Shown: positions 1-10,199, counted from the stretch's first letter. The stretch: DNA of 64,000 nt from Chitinophaga pinensis (GCA_945889315.1 CAMDBP010000006.1:246-64245), one strand, 5' to 3'. Numbers and translations: made by a program. Notes: generated by a model from the sequence alone, not told the origin.

Positions 1-1832
1 TCTATTGGACCACTTCCTACTCCAGATATTTCTACATTACCAAAATCTCCTTCTTCTTCAATGGTTACAATGGCTCCAGTCTCTCTTTGTATTTCCTGAA
101 TCACTTTACCTCCAGAACCGATTACTGCTCCAATTTTGTCTTTTGGAATTTGCATCATCTCTAGTTGCGGCGCATGATCTTTCAGGGTTTCATTTGGCTT
201 AGAAATGGTTTTTTCCATTTCACGTAAAATATGCATTCTACCTTCTTTGGCTTGCAAAAGTGCTTCTTCTAATACATCATAAGAAAGACCTTCTACTTTC
301 ATATCCATTTGACAGGCATAGATACCGTTTTCATTACCCATTACTTTAAAATCCATGTCTCCTAAGTGATCTTCATCACCCAAAATATCTGAAAGAATAG
401 CATAACGACCATCTTTATCTGCTACCATACCCATGGCAATACCACTTAAACCTGATTTTACTTGAATACCCGCATCCATCATAGCCATACTACCAGCACA
501 AACAGTAGCCATAGAGCTACTACCGTTACTTTCAAGTATATCAGACACAATACGAAGTGTATAAGGAAAATCATCCGGAAGCATTTTTTTCAAGCCTCTT
601 TCTGCCAAGTTACCATGACCAATTTCTCTTCTACCAGGACCTCTATTAGGTCTCGCCTCTCCTACTGAGAATGAAGGGAAGTTATAATGCAACATAAACT
701 TGCTAAAGTATTTCTCCATAGCGTTGTCTATCATTTGTTGATCTAATTTAGAACCAAGAGTTACTGACGTAAGTGATTGTGTTTCACCTCTTGTGAATAA
801 GGCAGAACCGTGAGCAGAAGGCAAGAAATCTACCTCAGACCATATTTGTCTTACTTCATTCAATGCACGGCCATCTAAACGATGCTTTAGATCAAGCATC
901 ATATTTCTTACCGCTTCTTTCTTAGACTTACCAAGGTATCTTTTCACCATTGTAAGTGTTTCACCATCTGTATCTTCCGCCAATGACTCGATATACTCCT
1001 TGTCAATTGCTTTGAATTTTTCAGAACGTTCTTCTTTTACAGAAGGAACTTTTGCTGCATCATAGTATTTTTGATATGTAGCATCTATTACTGTATTCTT
1101 AAGTTCGTCGCTATTCGTCTCATGATTATAAACACGTGGAGCTTTACGGCCTCCCATTTGCTCACAAAGTGCAAGTTGTGCTTCACAATCTTTTTTGATG
1201 AATTGATGAGCAAACTTAAGTGCCTCTACCATTTCTTTTTCAGAGATACCATTCATTTCACCTTCCACCATATTGATGTCAGCTGCAGTTCCTGCCACCA
1301 TAAGATCTACATCAGAATTTTCCATTTCTGAAGCAGTAGGGTTTATAACCCACTCGCCATTTATGCGACCTACGCGTGGTGATGATACTGGTCCTTCAAA
1401 AGGGATATCGGTAATTGTTAAAGCTGCAGAAGCTGCAAGCGCAACCAATGCATCTGGTAAGACATCTGCATCAGCAGACATCAATTGAATCATAACTTGC
1501 GTTTCCGCGTGATAATCATTCGGGAAAAGTGGACGAAGCGTTCTGTCTACAATTCTACATACCAGAATCTCAGCATTAGACAATCTTCCTTCTCTACGAA
1601 GAAAACCTCCTGGAATACGTCCACCTGCTGCGAATTTTTCTTGATAGTCAACAGACATAGGTAGAAAATCTACGCCGTCTCTTGCTTCTTTGTTTGAAAC
1701 TACTGTTGCAAGTAACTTCATTTTGCCTTGGGTAAGTACGACAGCACCATGTGCCTGACGTGCCAATTTACCCGTTTCTAGTGTGACATCTTTGCCATCA
1801 CCATAAGATAATTTTTGTGTAAATACGTTCAT
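1..1832 (-). CDS. pnp: polyribonucleotide nucleotidyltransferase (PNPase); C-terminal end runs off the window
   Basis: This ORF is not in the ORF track because it is open at the window edge. My reverse-complement translation from the ATG at 1832-1830 reads MNVFTQKLSYGDGKDVTLETGKLARQAHGAVVLTQGKMKLLATVVSNKEARDGVDFLPMSVDYQEKFAAGGRIPGGFLRREGR... It stays open to position 1 and includes a KH-like segment, IPKDKIGAVIGSGGKVIQEIQRETGA. It lies downstream of rpsO, the classic arrangement. Confidence 0.95.
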   Translation of the reverse strand, partial: MNVFTQKLSYGDGKDVTLETGKLARQAHGAVVLTQGKMKLLATVVSNKEARDGVDFLPMSVDYQEKFAAGGRIPGGFLRREGRLSNAEILVCRIVDRTLRPLFPNDYHAETQVMIQLMSADADVLPDALVALAASAALTITDIPFEGPVSSPRVGRINGEWVINPTASEMENSDVDLMVAGTAADINMVEGEMNGISEKEMVEALKFAHQFIKKDCEAQLALCEQMGGRKAPRVYNHETNSDELKNTVIDATYQKYYDAAKVPSVKEERSEKFKAIDKEYIESLAEDTDGETLTMVKRYLGKSKKEAVRNMMLDLKHRLDGRALNEVRQIWSEVDFLPSAHGSALFTRGETQSLTSVTLGSKLDQQMIDNAMEKYFSKFMLHYNFPSFSVGEARPNRGPGRREIGHGNLAERGLKKMLPDDFPYTLRIVSDILESNGSSSMATVCAGSMAMMDAGIQVKSGLSGIAMGMVADKDGRYAILSDILGDEDHLGDMDFKVMGNENGIYACQMDMKVEGLSYDVLEEALLQAKEGRMHILREMEKTISKPNETLKDHAPQLEMMQIPKDKIGAVIGSGGKVIQEIQRETGAIVTIEEEGDFGNVEISGVGSGPI

Positions 1833-2111
1833 AATGTTGCGGTTTTTCCGCCAATGTTTTAAAAAATGTTTAATCGCCGGCCCAATGCCAACGGGTTATT
1901 ATTTTTTGTTCTACATTGTTGAAATTAAAAGCTATGTATACCAGAGGCCTACATGCGAATAATTATTCGACTATTGAAAACAAAAAGTATAGATGCACAA
2001 AAACATCGGCATTAGCCAATGTAGTTATACATGCTAGTTTCTCAACTATACGAACGGGACTTTTTTCCAGAAAGCTTGTTATTCCTGTGTAACACAGAAA
2101 TACTAGGCCTA

Positions 2112-2381
2112 TTACTTTCTGATGCCTAGTTGCTTGATAAGTTCACGGTAGTGAACAATATCTTTCTTAGCAATATAGTTTAAAAGAGCTCTTCTTTTAC
2201 CTACTAGCTTAATAAGCGTAAGTTCTGTAGAGTAATCTTTTTTGTTAATTTTTAGGTGTCCTGTAAGGTGCGTAATTCTATGAGTGAATATCGCAACTTG
2301 TGCTTCTGCATGGCCAGTATTCTTAGCGTCTCCGCTGTACTGAGCTATTAATTCTGATTTTGTTTCTGCTGTTAAACGCAT
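2112..2381 (-). CDS. rpsO: 30S ribosomal protein S15
   Basis: The 89-aa ORF MRLTAETKSELIAQYSGDAKNTGHAEAQVAIFTHRITHLTGHLKINKKDYSTELTLIKLVGKRRALLNYIAKKD is an unmistakable S15 sequence of the expected size. Confidence 0.97.
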   Translation of the reverse strand: MRLTAETKSELIAQYSGDAKNTGHAEAQVAIFTHRITHLTGHLKINKKDYSTELTLIKLVGKRRALLNYIAKKDIVHYRELIKQLGIRK

Positions 2382-2414
2382 GTGTATTTGTAAATATTTC
2401 TATTTATAGGGCTG

Positions 2415-2422
2415 CAAAAGTA
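2415..2422 (-). promoter_or_regulatory. candidate Bacteroidetes sigma-A -7 box (TAnnTTTG) for rpsO
   Basis: The minus strand reads TACTTTTG, and the motif ends 33 nt upstream of the rpsO ATG. No clear -33 TTTG was seen at the expected spacing. Confidence 0.35.
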
Positions 2423-2516
2423 AGAATATTTATTAATTATGAATGTTAAATTCTTAAATATCTATTCTATTCGTTTTGCAATTGAACGCAATTCTTATTT
2501 CAACTCCAGACAAGCC

Positions 2517-4667
2517 TTAATACCCACCTGCCCATTTACGCACAAACCACTCCAAACTAAGTAAGGAGAGCAGCAACCAAAACAGCCATTTGAATTTAAT
2601 TAAATCTTCAAGCTTATTCTCTTCAATTATTACAGACTTAAGATTTTCGTTGGCAAGTAGCGACTGACCCAAGCTTTGCATCGCTGTGTAGGGCACAAAC
2701 TCACCATTTGTTGAGCTAGCCAATTGACGAAGGAGATTAAAATCTGCCGTAAGATTGGCAAGTTCCTTCTGCTGGCCAACTACCGTAAAATAACCTTTAT
2801 CCGTTAATGAGATGCCACCTATGGTTGCTTTTGCCTCAAATTGAAATGCTCCTGCAGCAAGATTAGGCAATACCAATTTATACTGACTTCCACTTGCGGT
2901 CATCGTATGCTTATATACCTTCCCATCAGCATTTTTTAAATTTACATTGATTTCCTGACCGCTTAACGCATCCAAACTTTGGTTATATAATTCCCCGATG
3001 AGTGATACATTATCTCCCATACCGTATTGCTTTGCATTGGGGTACACCTTAAGCAACTTCTTCTCTTCTTTTACGGCCAAGTATTGAACCATTTTTGTAA
3101 TCAAACTATTCACTCCATCCGTATTCCCATTTTTTTCAAAGTCAATAAGACGCCATTGCCACAATCCTGTTCCTGCTAAAATGCCTAACCTCGAATTATT
3201 ACTGTTGTTTAATAAAAGTAAGGGCTCTTGTGTACTCACAGAACCTATTTGTTGAAAGAGCAGCACATCGCTTGGTACATAGCCTGAAAATTTGCCAAAA
3301 GGGGCCGTAAGAGGTGGCCATTTTTTTATGGACGAAGACAAGAATGGATCGAGTTCAAAATATTCAAACGCAGGATTCAAATTAGGTAAAGCAGCGATTA
3401 CGCCCCGTCCGGACACACTAAATTTAATATCCTGACTTCCGTTGTTAAAAATGCGGCTATTGAACTTATCGCCTAGGACAAGTAACATCGGGACTCCACT
3501 AATTTTAAGCTTTTCGTATAAATTGAGTTGCGCAGGAGAAGCAAACCAATTATGTAAAATTACCAAATCGCAATCAGGTGATACCGCAAATGATCCGAAT
3601 ACAATAGAGGCTTCATAATTCTCATGGGCATTTATGGTTGCCCGAAGCATGCCTACATCAGGATGTGGTGCCTCTGCCCATAATTCCACCTTCTTTTTGC
3701 CGTCTATTACATCTACGTAAAAAGTATAGGCGTTGTTCTGCTTATTCTTTTCGTTATCAAACGTAGTAAGTCTAACCTCTATCTTATTCTGTCCGAGAGT
3801 TTTGGCTTTGGCGACGACCTCTGTTTCCATAAAAAACGATTCCTTATTGATAGCAATGCTCTTTTGAACAATACTAACACCATTATGTAGAACTTGTAAC
3901 TTCGCTTGTTTTCCTAACAGTTTGCTCGCTTTTACTTCAATACGCATCGGGAACTCGTTTCCCAAATACGCTAAGCTATTATGCGATACATTGTGAACAC
4001 TCAAGTCTGCATACACCATAGAGTCCCCTGTACCAACCGTGTAGATCGGCACTTTATAATTTTCGATTACAAAACCAGGATTACTACCCGCATTGTAAAT
4101 ACCATCTGTAATTAACACCACCGCACCCAAATTTTGATTAACCTGTTGTTCGGTAGCATAACGCAGTGCCATTGAAATATCTGTTTCCGTACCTTTAGCT
4201 GACAACTTATCTTCAGAAGCAAATGCTGGGACATTGCTGAAAGCCACTACATTTACATCATACTTTTCGGAAAGATTAGCTTGTAACTCTTTAACAGATT
4301 GAGACAAACTAGTGGCAGACAAACCGATACTCATCGATTTGGAGTCATCTACGACTAAAGAAATAATAGGTTTCTGGGTAATAAACCCAGCATACTTTAA
4401 GACCGGACCAAGCAGTAAAAATGTTAGAATACTACCCAGTAAAAAACGCAGGCATGGTAATAGTACTAGCACCCACTTATGATCTCCAAAACGCTCACGA
4501 TCTTTCGAATTATAATACAGTAAACTCGCATACGCGGCTCCGATAATTATGCAGAGTAAAACAAACCACCACGGATAAGCTATGGAGACATCCCAATTCA
4601 ATACGGCAATGATAATCAATCTCAAGTGGGAAGTCCAAATTGAAACGATAACAAAAGAATAATACAT
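2517..4667 (-). CDS. membrane-anchored von Willebrand factor A (vWA) domain protein, BatA/BatB-like, with a large C-terminal domain of unknown function
   Basis: The 716-aa ORF has two N-terminal TM helices (WWFVLLCIIIGAAYASLLYY; LRFLLGSILTFLLLGPVL). These are followed by a MIDAS-like DxSxS (SLVVDDSKSMS) and a VVLITDG segment typical of vWA domains. A C-terminal TM helix is also present (WLFWLLLSLLSLEW). The true start may be downstream of the first ATG. Confidence 0.55.
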   Translation of the reverse strand: MYYSFVIVSIWTSHLRLIIIAVLNWDVSIAYPWWFVLLCIIIGAAYASLLYYNSKDRERFGDHKWVLVLLPCLRFLLGSILTFLLLGPVLKYAGFITQKPIISLVVDDSKSMSIGLSATSLSQSVKELQANLSEKYDVNVVAFSNVPAFASEDKLSAKGTETDISMALRYATEQQVNQNLGAVVLITDGIYNAGSNPGFVIENYKVPIYTVGTGDSMVYADLSVHNVSHNSLAYLGNEFPMRIEVKASKLLGKQAKLQVLHNGVSIVQKSIAINKESFFMETEVVAKAKTLGQNKIEVRLTTFDNEKNKQNNAYTFYVDVIDGKKKVELWAEAPHPDVGMLRATINAHENYEASIVFGSFAVSPDCDLVILHNWFASPAQLNLYEKLKISGVPMLLVLGDKFNSRIFNNGSQDIKFSVSGRGVIAALPNLNPAFEYFELDPFLSSSIKKWPPLTAPFGKFSGYVPSDVLLFQQIGSVSTQEPLLLLNNSNNSRLGILAGTGLWQWRLIDFEKNGNTDGVNSLITKMVQYLAVKEEKKLLKVYPNAKQYGMGDNVSLIGELYNQSLDALSGQEINVNLKNADGKVYKHTMTASGSQYKLVLPNLAAGAFQFEAKATIGGISLTDKGYFTVVGQQKELANLTADFNLLRQLASSTNGEFVPYTAMQSLGQSLLANENLKSVIIEENKLEDLIKFKWLFWLLLSLLSLEWFVRKWAGGY

Positions 4668-4795
4668 TGCGTATTAAGCTTACCTCAACCACAAAAACAG
4701 AGAAAAAACCAAGCTGCAAGGACTAATTAATAAAAAGAACAATGTACAAAGAACTTCATACTTGAATTTTAGCATGAAAAATTACCTTTGCGCCC

Positions 4796-5800
4796 GTGAT
4801 AGAAACAGACATCATAATAATAGGTGCAGGTCCTACTGGATTATTTGCCGTTTTTGAAGCCGGATTACTAAAACTAAAATGTCATTTAATCGACTACCTA
4901 CCTCAACCTGGAGGTCAACTAGCGGAGATTTACCCAAAAAAACCCATTTATGACATACCTGGATTTCCCAGTATATTGGCAGGAGACTTAGTTGATAATC
5001 TTATGGAACAAGCAAAGCCATTTAACCCTGGCTTCACCTTAGGAGAAAGAGCGGAAACTATTGAGAAAACAGAAGATGGAAAGTTTATAGTAACTACCGA
5101 CAGAGGAACAAAGCATAGTGCTCCGAATATAATGATTGCTGGCGGATTAGGATGCTTTGCTCCTCGAAAACCAGAGATCGAAAACATTGCTAAGTTCGAA
5201 GATCATGGCATTGACTACATCATAAAAGATCCCGAAAAATTCAGAGATAAAAAAATCGTTATTGCTGGCGGCGGCGATAGCGCGCTAGATTGGTCCATAT
5301 TCTTGGCAGATGTAGCGAGTGACGTAACGCTTGTGCACAGAAGAACAGCTTTTAGAGGAGCGTTGGATTCTGTTGAAAAAGTAGAAAACTTAGTAGCTAG
5401 CGGAAGAATGACGTTAATCACCGAGGCAGAAATAACCGAGCTCAAAGGCGATAGTGAGTTAACAGGCCTTAGTATATCGCAAGGTAGTGAAACGACACTT
5501 CATATAGAAACCGATTACTTCATTCCACTTTTTGGCCTAAGTCCAAAACTAGGTCCAATTAAGGAATGGGGTCTTGACCTAGGTAAAGAGGCTATTTTGG
5601 TAAACACCACAGATTACCAAACTAATGCACCTGGCATATTTGCTATTGGTGATATAAATCAATACGAAGGAAAGTTAAAGTTGATTCTTTGCGGCTTTCA
5701 TGAAGCTACACTTGCTGTACAATCATGCTACAAACGAATTTTTCCTGACCGAAAACTTGTTTTGAAATATACCACAGTAATGGGAGCCCCAGGTTCATAA
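4796..5800 (+). CDS. ferredoxin-NADP+ reductase, thioredoxin-reductase-like (type 2)
   Basis: The ORF has a GTG start and an N-terminal FAD motif, DIIIIGAGPTGLFAVFEAG. A second dinucleotide motif (KIVIAGGGDSALDW) and an AIGDIN segment follow. The 334-aa size fits the YumC-type FNR family. Confidence 0.85.
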   Translation: MIETDIIIIGAGPTGLFAVFEAGLLKLKCHLIDYLPQPGGQLAEIYPKKPIYDIPGFPSILAGDLVDNLMEQAKPFNPGFTLGERAETIEKTEDGKFIVTTDRGTKHSAPNIMIAGGLGCFAPRKPEIENIAKFEDHGIDYIIKDPEKFRDKKIVIAGGGDSALDWSIFLADVASDVTLVHRRTAFRGALDSVEKVENLVASGRMTLITEAEITELKGDSELTGLSISQGSETTLHIETDYFIPLFGLSPKLGPIKEWGLDLGKEAILVNTTDYQTNAPGIFAIGDINQYEGKLKLILCGFHEATLAVQSCYKRIFPDRKLVLKYTTVMGAPGS

Positions 5801-5854
5801 CTTTTTATTTGTTGAGGTATTTGGGGTCATTCAACCCGAAACCTACAACTATAC

Positions 5855-6187
5855 ATGAAAATATACCACAACAATCGGTGCTCTAAAAGCAGACAATGTT
5901 TAGCCTTAATGCCCAAAGAAGGTGTTGAAATTATAGACTACATCTCTCAGCCGCTATCGGAAGATCAGTTAACTTCCCTTATTCTAAAATTAGGTATTAC
6001 GCCTATTGAATTAGTACGAAAAGGCGAGGCTATTTGGAAAGAGCTTTACAAAGGGAACGTTTTATCTGATGCAGAAATAACTGCTGCTATGGCAGCGCAC
6101 CCAACGTTAATAGAACGACCGATTGTTGAAACGAAAGAGAAAGCGCTGATTTGCCGACCTCCCGAAGTAGTGTTGACCTTTTTATAA
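5855..6187 (+). CDS. ArsC/Spx-family thiol reductase-like protein
   Basis: The 110-aa ORF begins MKIYHNNRCSKSRQ (N-terminal Cys motif) and contains a LIERPIV segment characteristic of the ArsC (glutaredoxin-type) family. Confidence 0.8.
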   Translation: MKIYHNNRCSKSRQCLALMPKEGVEIIDYISQPLSEDQLTSLILKLGITPIELVRKGEAIWKELYKGNVLSDAEITAAMAAHPTLIERPIVETKEKALICRPPEVVLTFL

Positions 6188-6286
6188 GCATACTAATCCA
6201 TATTAAAAAACTATAAGCTTCTGATCCCATCTAGGAAATGACAACCTATGTTGTTAGAACAGACGCATCGTAGAAAAAGTAATTAA

Positions 6287-7108
6287 TTAGATTTTCTTAA
6301 TGATCTCTACTTGGTGCGGATAGGGAATCTCAATATTATTGTCATCCAAGGCCTTTTTTATAGCCTCATATGAAGCAAAATAGACGTCCCAATAATCTAC
6401 CGAATTTGCAAATGGTCGAATGGTCAAGTCTACGGAGCTATCTCCAAAACCGATTACACCCACAAAAGGAGCTGGATCCTCAAGGACTTTAGGAACCTTC
6501 ATTATAGCCTCCAAAATCACAGCCTTTGCTTTTTCTATATCTTCTCCATAGCCTATTCCTACCTTAAGGTCTATTCTTCGATTATCCTCTTTAGAGAAAT
6601 TAATCACCTTATTATTGGCCACGTGGCCGTTAGGGAGGATGATGGTATTATCAGATGGTGATGCTAAAATGGTGTATAATACGGTAATACTTTTTACCTC
6701 TCCTCTTTCTCCATCTGATTCTATTATATCTCCTACTTTGAACGGTTTAAATAATAAAATCAAAACCCCTCCTGCAAAATTAGAAAGGCTCCCTTGCAAT
6801 GCTAATCCCACTGCTAATCCTGCAGCGCCAAGAATGGTCACGAAGCTAGTAGTGCCAATACCAAGCATAGTTGCTACAGTTACTAATAATAATACTTTGA
6901 GTCCAACATTTACCAAACTACCCAAAAACGGAATCAAGGAAACTTCTACTTTATTAGTGGTCATCAATCGCTTGAGCCACCCATTTACTCTTCCAATTAG
7001 CCACCAACCTACAACTAATACTAATAAAGCTGAGAAAAAAAGTGGAAACTGCTCTGCCAAAATTTTATTGCCTTGCGCTAACCAATAGCTTGTATCTACA
7101 TTTTGCAT
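6287..7108 (-). CDS. mechanosensitive ion channel, MscS family
   Basis: The 273-aa ORF has three N-terminal TM helices. The pore-helix-like GLALQGSLSNFAGGVLILLFKPFKVGD and the beta-domain are typical of MscS. Confidence 0.9.
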   Translation of the reverse strand: MQNVDTSYWLAQGNKILAEQFPLFFSALLVLVVGWWLIGRVNGWLKRLMTTNKVEVSLIPFLGSLVNVGLKVLLLVTVATMLGIGTTSFVTILGAAGLAVGLALQGSLSNFAGGVLILLFKPFKVGDIIESDGERGEVKSITVLYTILASPSDNTIILPNGHVANNKVINFSKEDNRRIDLKVGIGYGEDIEKAKAVILEAIMKVPKVLEDPAPFVGVIGFGDSSVDLTIRPFANSVDYWDVYFASYEAIKKALDDNNIEIPYPHQVEIIKKI

Positions 7109-7199
7109 AACTGGGGCAAGATTAATAAAATATGTATAAAATACTTCATACTAAAGGTAAGTTTACAAATACACAATTATCTTCGCTGCAGGTTTAATA

Positions 7200-9542
7200 A
7201 TGAAGATATCATATAACTGGTTACAACAATTCATAAAACTAGATTTGCCATTAGAGCAAATCTGTGAAAAGCTTACAATGAGTGGCTTGGAAGTGGAGCA
7301 CATTTTAACCACCGAATCTATAAAGGGAGGACTTAAAAATCTTGTGGTAGGACATGTGCTTTCAAAAGAAAAACATCCTGACGCAGACAAGCTAAATAAA
7401 ACTACCGTAGACATTGGTAACGGAACCGTACTCCATATTGTATGTGGCGCATCCAATGTCGAAGTTGGTCAAAAAGTGGTAGTCGCACCCGTAGGCACTA
7501 CAATTTTCATGGCTGACGAAAGTTTTGAAATCAAAGCATCAAAAATAAGAGGAGAGCTTTCAGAAGGAATGATATGCGCAGAAGACGAAATAGGCTTAGG
7601 TAATAGTCACGAGGGCATTATGATTCTTGATCCGGCGCTAGAACCGGGAACACCACTTACTGAAATTTTTGAGGTATACACCGATACGCAACTAGAAATT
7701 GCGATAATACCCAATAGAGGGGACGCTATTTCTCACCTTGGAGTAGCGCGTGAGCTTCAGGCACTAACAGGAGTTAAATATAAGAAACCTGCAATAGAAA
7801 GTATTGACGCACGCGGTCAAATGCGAATAGATGTGAATCTCGAAAATATAAAGGCTTCGCCAAGATACAGCGGTATAACCATAACAGGAGTAGACGTCAA
7901 AGAATCACCTGATTGGTTGAAAAAAAGATTACAGTCTATTGATCTAAAACCAATTAATAATATTGTTGATATAACTAATTTTGTTCAACACGAGTTGGGT
8001 CAACCCTTACATGCATTTGATTACAATCAAATATCAGGACATAAAATAACGGTTCGATTTGCAAAAAAAGGTGAAAAAATAATCACTCTTGATGAGGTAG
8101 AACGTGATCTAAACGAGAATCACCTGATTATTGCCGATAGCGAAAAACCGCTTGCGCTTGCAGGTGTATTTGGAGGATTAGACTCTGGAGTTAGCAACTT
8201 TACAAAGACGGTTTTTATAGAAAGTGCGTATTTTAATCCTGCCGCAGTGCGTAAAACAGCTAAGAGCTTTGGGTTAAACACCGATTCAAGTTACCGATTT
8301 GAGAGAGGAACCGACCCTGAAATGGTAAACTTCGCTCTTATTCGAGCAGTTAACTTGATTCAAGAACTTGCTGGCGGGGATATTGTTTCGGAGGTAGTAG
8401 ATGTTTACCCGGAAATAATCGAACCAATCCAAATTGAAATCAAATTAGATGACTTGAATACTTTTGTAGGTCACGAAATTCCAAAGGATGATGCCTTACG
8501 TATTTTGCAAAGTTTAGAAATAAAGATAAAAGTAAATAACAACAGGAATTTATTTTTAGAAGTTCCGCGTTACCGATCAGATGTAGAGCGTCCAGTTGAC
8601 GTGTACGAAGAGATTCTTCGTGTTTATGGATTTGATAATATTCCAATTCCTCAAAAAGTAAACTATATTCCTTCGATTATTGCTACAAATGCTCCTAATA
8701 AGTTGAAAGCAAAAATCAGCAACTATCTTAGTGATATTGGATTTAATGAGATTATGAACAACTCATTAGTACCTAGCAAATGGTACAGAGTAGATGACTT
8801 AAAAGAGGCAGTACATATGCTTAATCCACTAAGTCAAGACATGAGCGTTATGCGCATGGAATTAGTTAATTCTGCTTTGAGCGCGGTAGCCTACAATGTT
8901 AACCGCAAAAACAGTGACGTGAAATTTTACGAATTTGGCAAAACCTATTTTAAGCGAAATGGGAACTATGAAGAGAATGAAGTATTGCAACTTACCTTTT
9001 CGGGAAACAGACATCCTGAGCACTGGAGTACAAAAAGTATAAAAGCTACTCAAGATGAACTTCTTGCTGTTGCTTCGAATATCCTTACGAAGCTAAATAT
9101 TACACCTAAACAGTTAGAAAAGTTAACTTCATCTTTAACTATTAGCAAGGAGCAAATGAAAATGCATGGCTTAAAACAAGATGCCGTTACTCTAAGTATA
9201 GATTGGAATTTGTGCTTGCAACTTGCAAATCCAGAGATCAAATTGGCTGAAATTCCTGTTTTCCCCATTGTAAGAAGAGACCTTTCTTTGGTTTTAGACA
9301 AAAGCGTAAGCTATGCAGAAGTGCAAAAAATAGCGAAACAGACACTTCAACAAACACTTACCGATTTATTACTTTTTGACGTATATGAAGGTAAACCTTT
9401 AGAAGAAAATCAGAAATCATATGCAGTTGCATTTTTCATGTATAATCCTAAAAAGACCATGGAGGATGCAGAAATAGATGCGCTCATGGCTAAATTAATA
9501 ACTAATTTTGAGTCTAATCTAAACGCGATCATTAGAAAATAA
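7200..9542 (+). CDS. pheT: phenylalanine--tRNA ligase beta subunit
   Basis: The 780-aa ORF begins MKISYNWLQQFI. A tRNA-binding domain (HPDADKL...IVCGASNV), B3/4, B5 and the C-terminal anticodon-binding-like FDVYEGKPL motif are all recognisable. Confidence 0.95.
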   Translation: MKISYNWLQQFIKLDLPLEQICEKLTMSGLEVEHILTTESIKGGLKNLVVGHVLSKEKHPDADKLNKTTVDIGNGTVLHIVCGASNVEVGQKVVVAPVGTTIFMADESFEIKASKIRGELSEGMICAEDEIGLGNSHEGIMILDPALEPGTPLTEIFEVYTDTQLEIAIIPNRGDAISHLGVARELQALTGVKYKKPAIESIDARGQMRIDVNLENIKASPRYSGITITGVDVKESPDWLKKRLQSIDLKPINNIVDITNFVQHELGQPLHAFDYNQISGHKITVRFAKKGEKIITLDEVERDLNENHLIIADSEKPLALAGVFGGLDSGVSNFTKTVFIESAYFNPAAVRKTAKSFGLNTDSSYRFERGTDPEMVNFALIRAVNLIQELAGGDIVSEVVDVYPEIIEPIQIEIKLDDLNTFVGHEIPKDDALRILQSLEIKIKVNNNRNLFLEVPRYRSDVERPVDVYEEILRVYGFDNIPIPQKVNYIPSIIATNAPNKLKAKISNYLSDIGFNEIMNNSLVPSKWYRVDDLKEAVHMLNPLSQDMSVMRMELVNSALSAVAYNVNRKNSDVKFYEFGKTYFKRNGNYEENEVLQLTFSGNRHPEHWSTKSIKATQDELLAVASNILTKLNITPKQLEKLTSSLTISKEQMKMHGLKQDAVTLSIDWNLCLQLANPEIKLAEIPVFPIVRRDLSLVLDKSVSYAEVQKIAKQTLQQTLTDLLLFDVYEGKPLEENQKSYAVAFFMYNPKKTMEDAEIDALMAKLITNFESNLNAIIRK

Positions 9543-9826
9543 TGGAACTTTTTGCTCGCTTAGAAAACATAGAATATCACATTAAAGCACTAAAAAGCAA
9601 ATGTGAAGTCCTGGAGACTAAAAACGGGCAATTAACTTTAGAGAATCAACAGTTAAAAAACCGATTAGAAAATAACACCAAAGAATTACTTAATTTTCAA
9701 GAAACAAATAAAATTAGTAATCTTGCACACAGTGCTAGTTTAGCAACCGACACATCTGAGTTTAAAAAACAAATAGACCAGCTAATACAGGAAATAGACC
9801 AGTGCCTAACCATAGTAAAACAATAA
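9542..9826 (+). CDS. small coiled-coil protein (possible cell-division accessory, ZapB-like); function unknown
   Basis: The 94-aa ORF is heptad-rich (LKSKCEVLETKNGQLTLENQQLKNRLENN). Its ATG overlaps the pheT stop (TAATG). It lies immediately upstream of zapA. Confidence 0.5.
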   Translation: MELFARLENIEYHIKALKSKCEVLETKNGQLTLENQQLKNRLENNTKELLNFQETNKISNLAHSASLATDTSEFKKQIDQLIQEIDQCLTIVKQ

Positions 9827-9849
9827 CATAACAACCAACACAGACTAGA

Positions 9850-10131
9850 ATGTCTGAATTAGAGATATCCATAAAAGTAAATATATGTGATCGGTTTTAT
9901 CCGTTGCGCATCAAATCTTCTGAGGAAGGTGAGGTCCGTAATGCCGCTAAAACAATAAATGAAAGAGCAAAATTCTACATAGACAATTTCTCTGTGCAGG
10001 ATAAGCAAGATGCTCTTTCGATGGTAGCCCTTGAATTTGCCTCAGATAAAAAAGACAAAAATTCCGCCGGTTATGATACAGAAAATATAAGCACTAAATT
10101 GAAAGAACTAGAGCAATTGCTCGAAATTTAA
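9850..10131 (+). CDS. zapA: cell division protein ZapA
   Basis: The 93-aa ORF has the pattern ISIKVNICDRFYPLRIKSSEEGEVRNAAKTINERAKFY...LSMVALEFA. This matches the ZapA family in layout and size. Confidence 0.75.
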   Translation: MSELEISIKVNICDRFYPLRIKSSEEGEVRNAAKTINERAKFYIDNFSVQDKQDALSMVALEFASDKKDKNSAGYDTENISTKLKELEQLLEI

Positions 10132-10199
10132 ACAACTCGGATATCCCTATTTCATACTACTAGTCATTTTTTATACCTAACAAAAACAAAAAACAAAAA

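Noticed and set aside
5-1488. Four plus-strand ORFs from the track (5-202, 462-668, 1071-1331, 1273-1488).
   Set aside because: They lie antisense inside the uninterrupted PNPase reading frame and have low-complexity, Leu/Ser/His-rich products. They are shadow ORFs.
4778-4785. TACCTTTG, 10 nt upstream of the ferredoxin-NADP reductase GTG start, as a possible -7 promoter box.
   Set aside because: It is so close that the mRNA would have to be leaderless, and there is no supporting -33 element. It is probably a chance match, so I did not list it as a feature.
6615-7088. A 157-aa plus-strand ORF.
   Set aside because: It lies entirely antisense to the well-supported MscS gene. Its product is Pro/Thr/Asn-rich with no motif.
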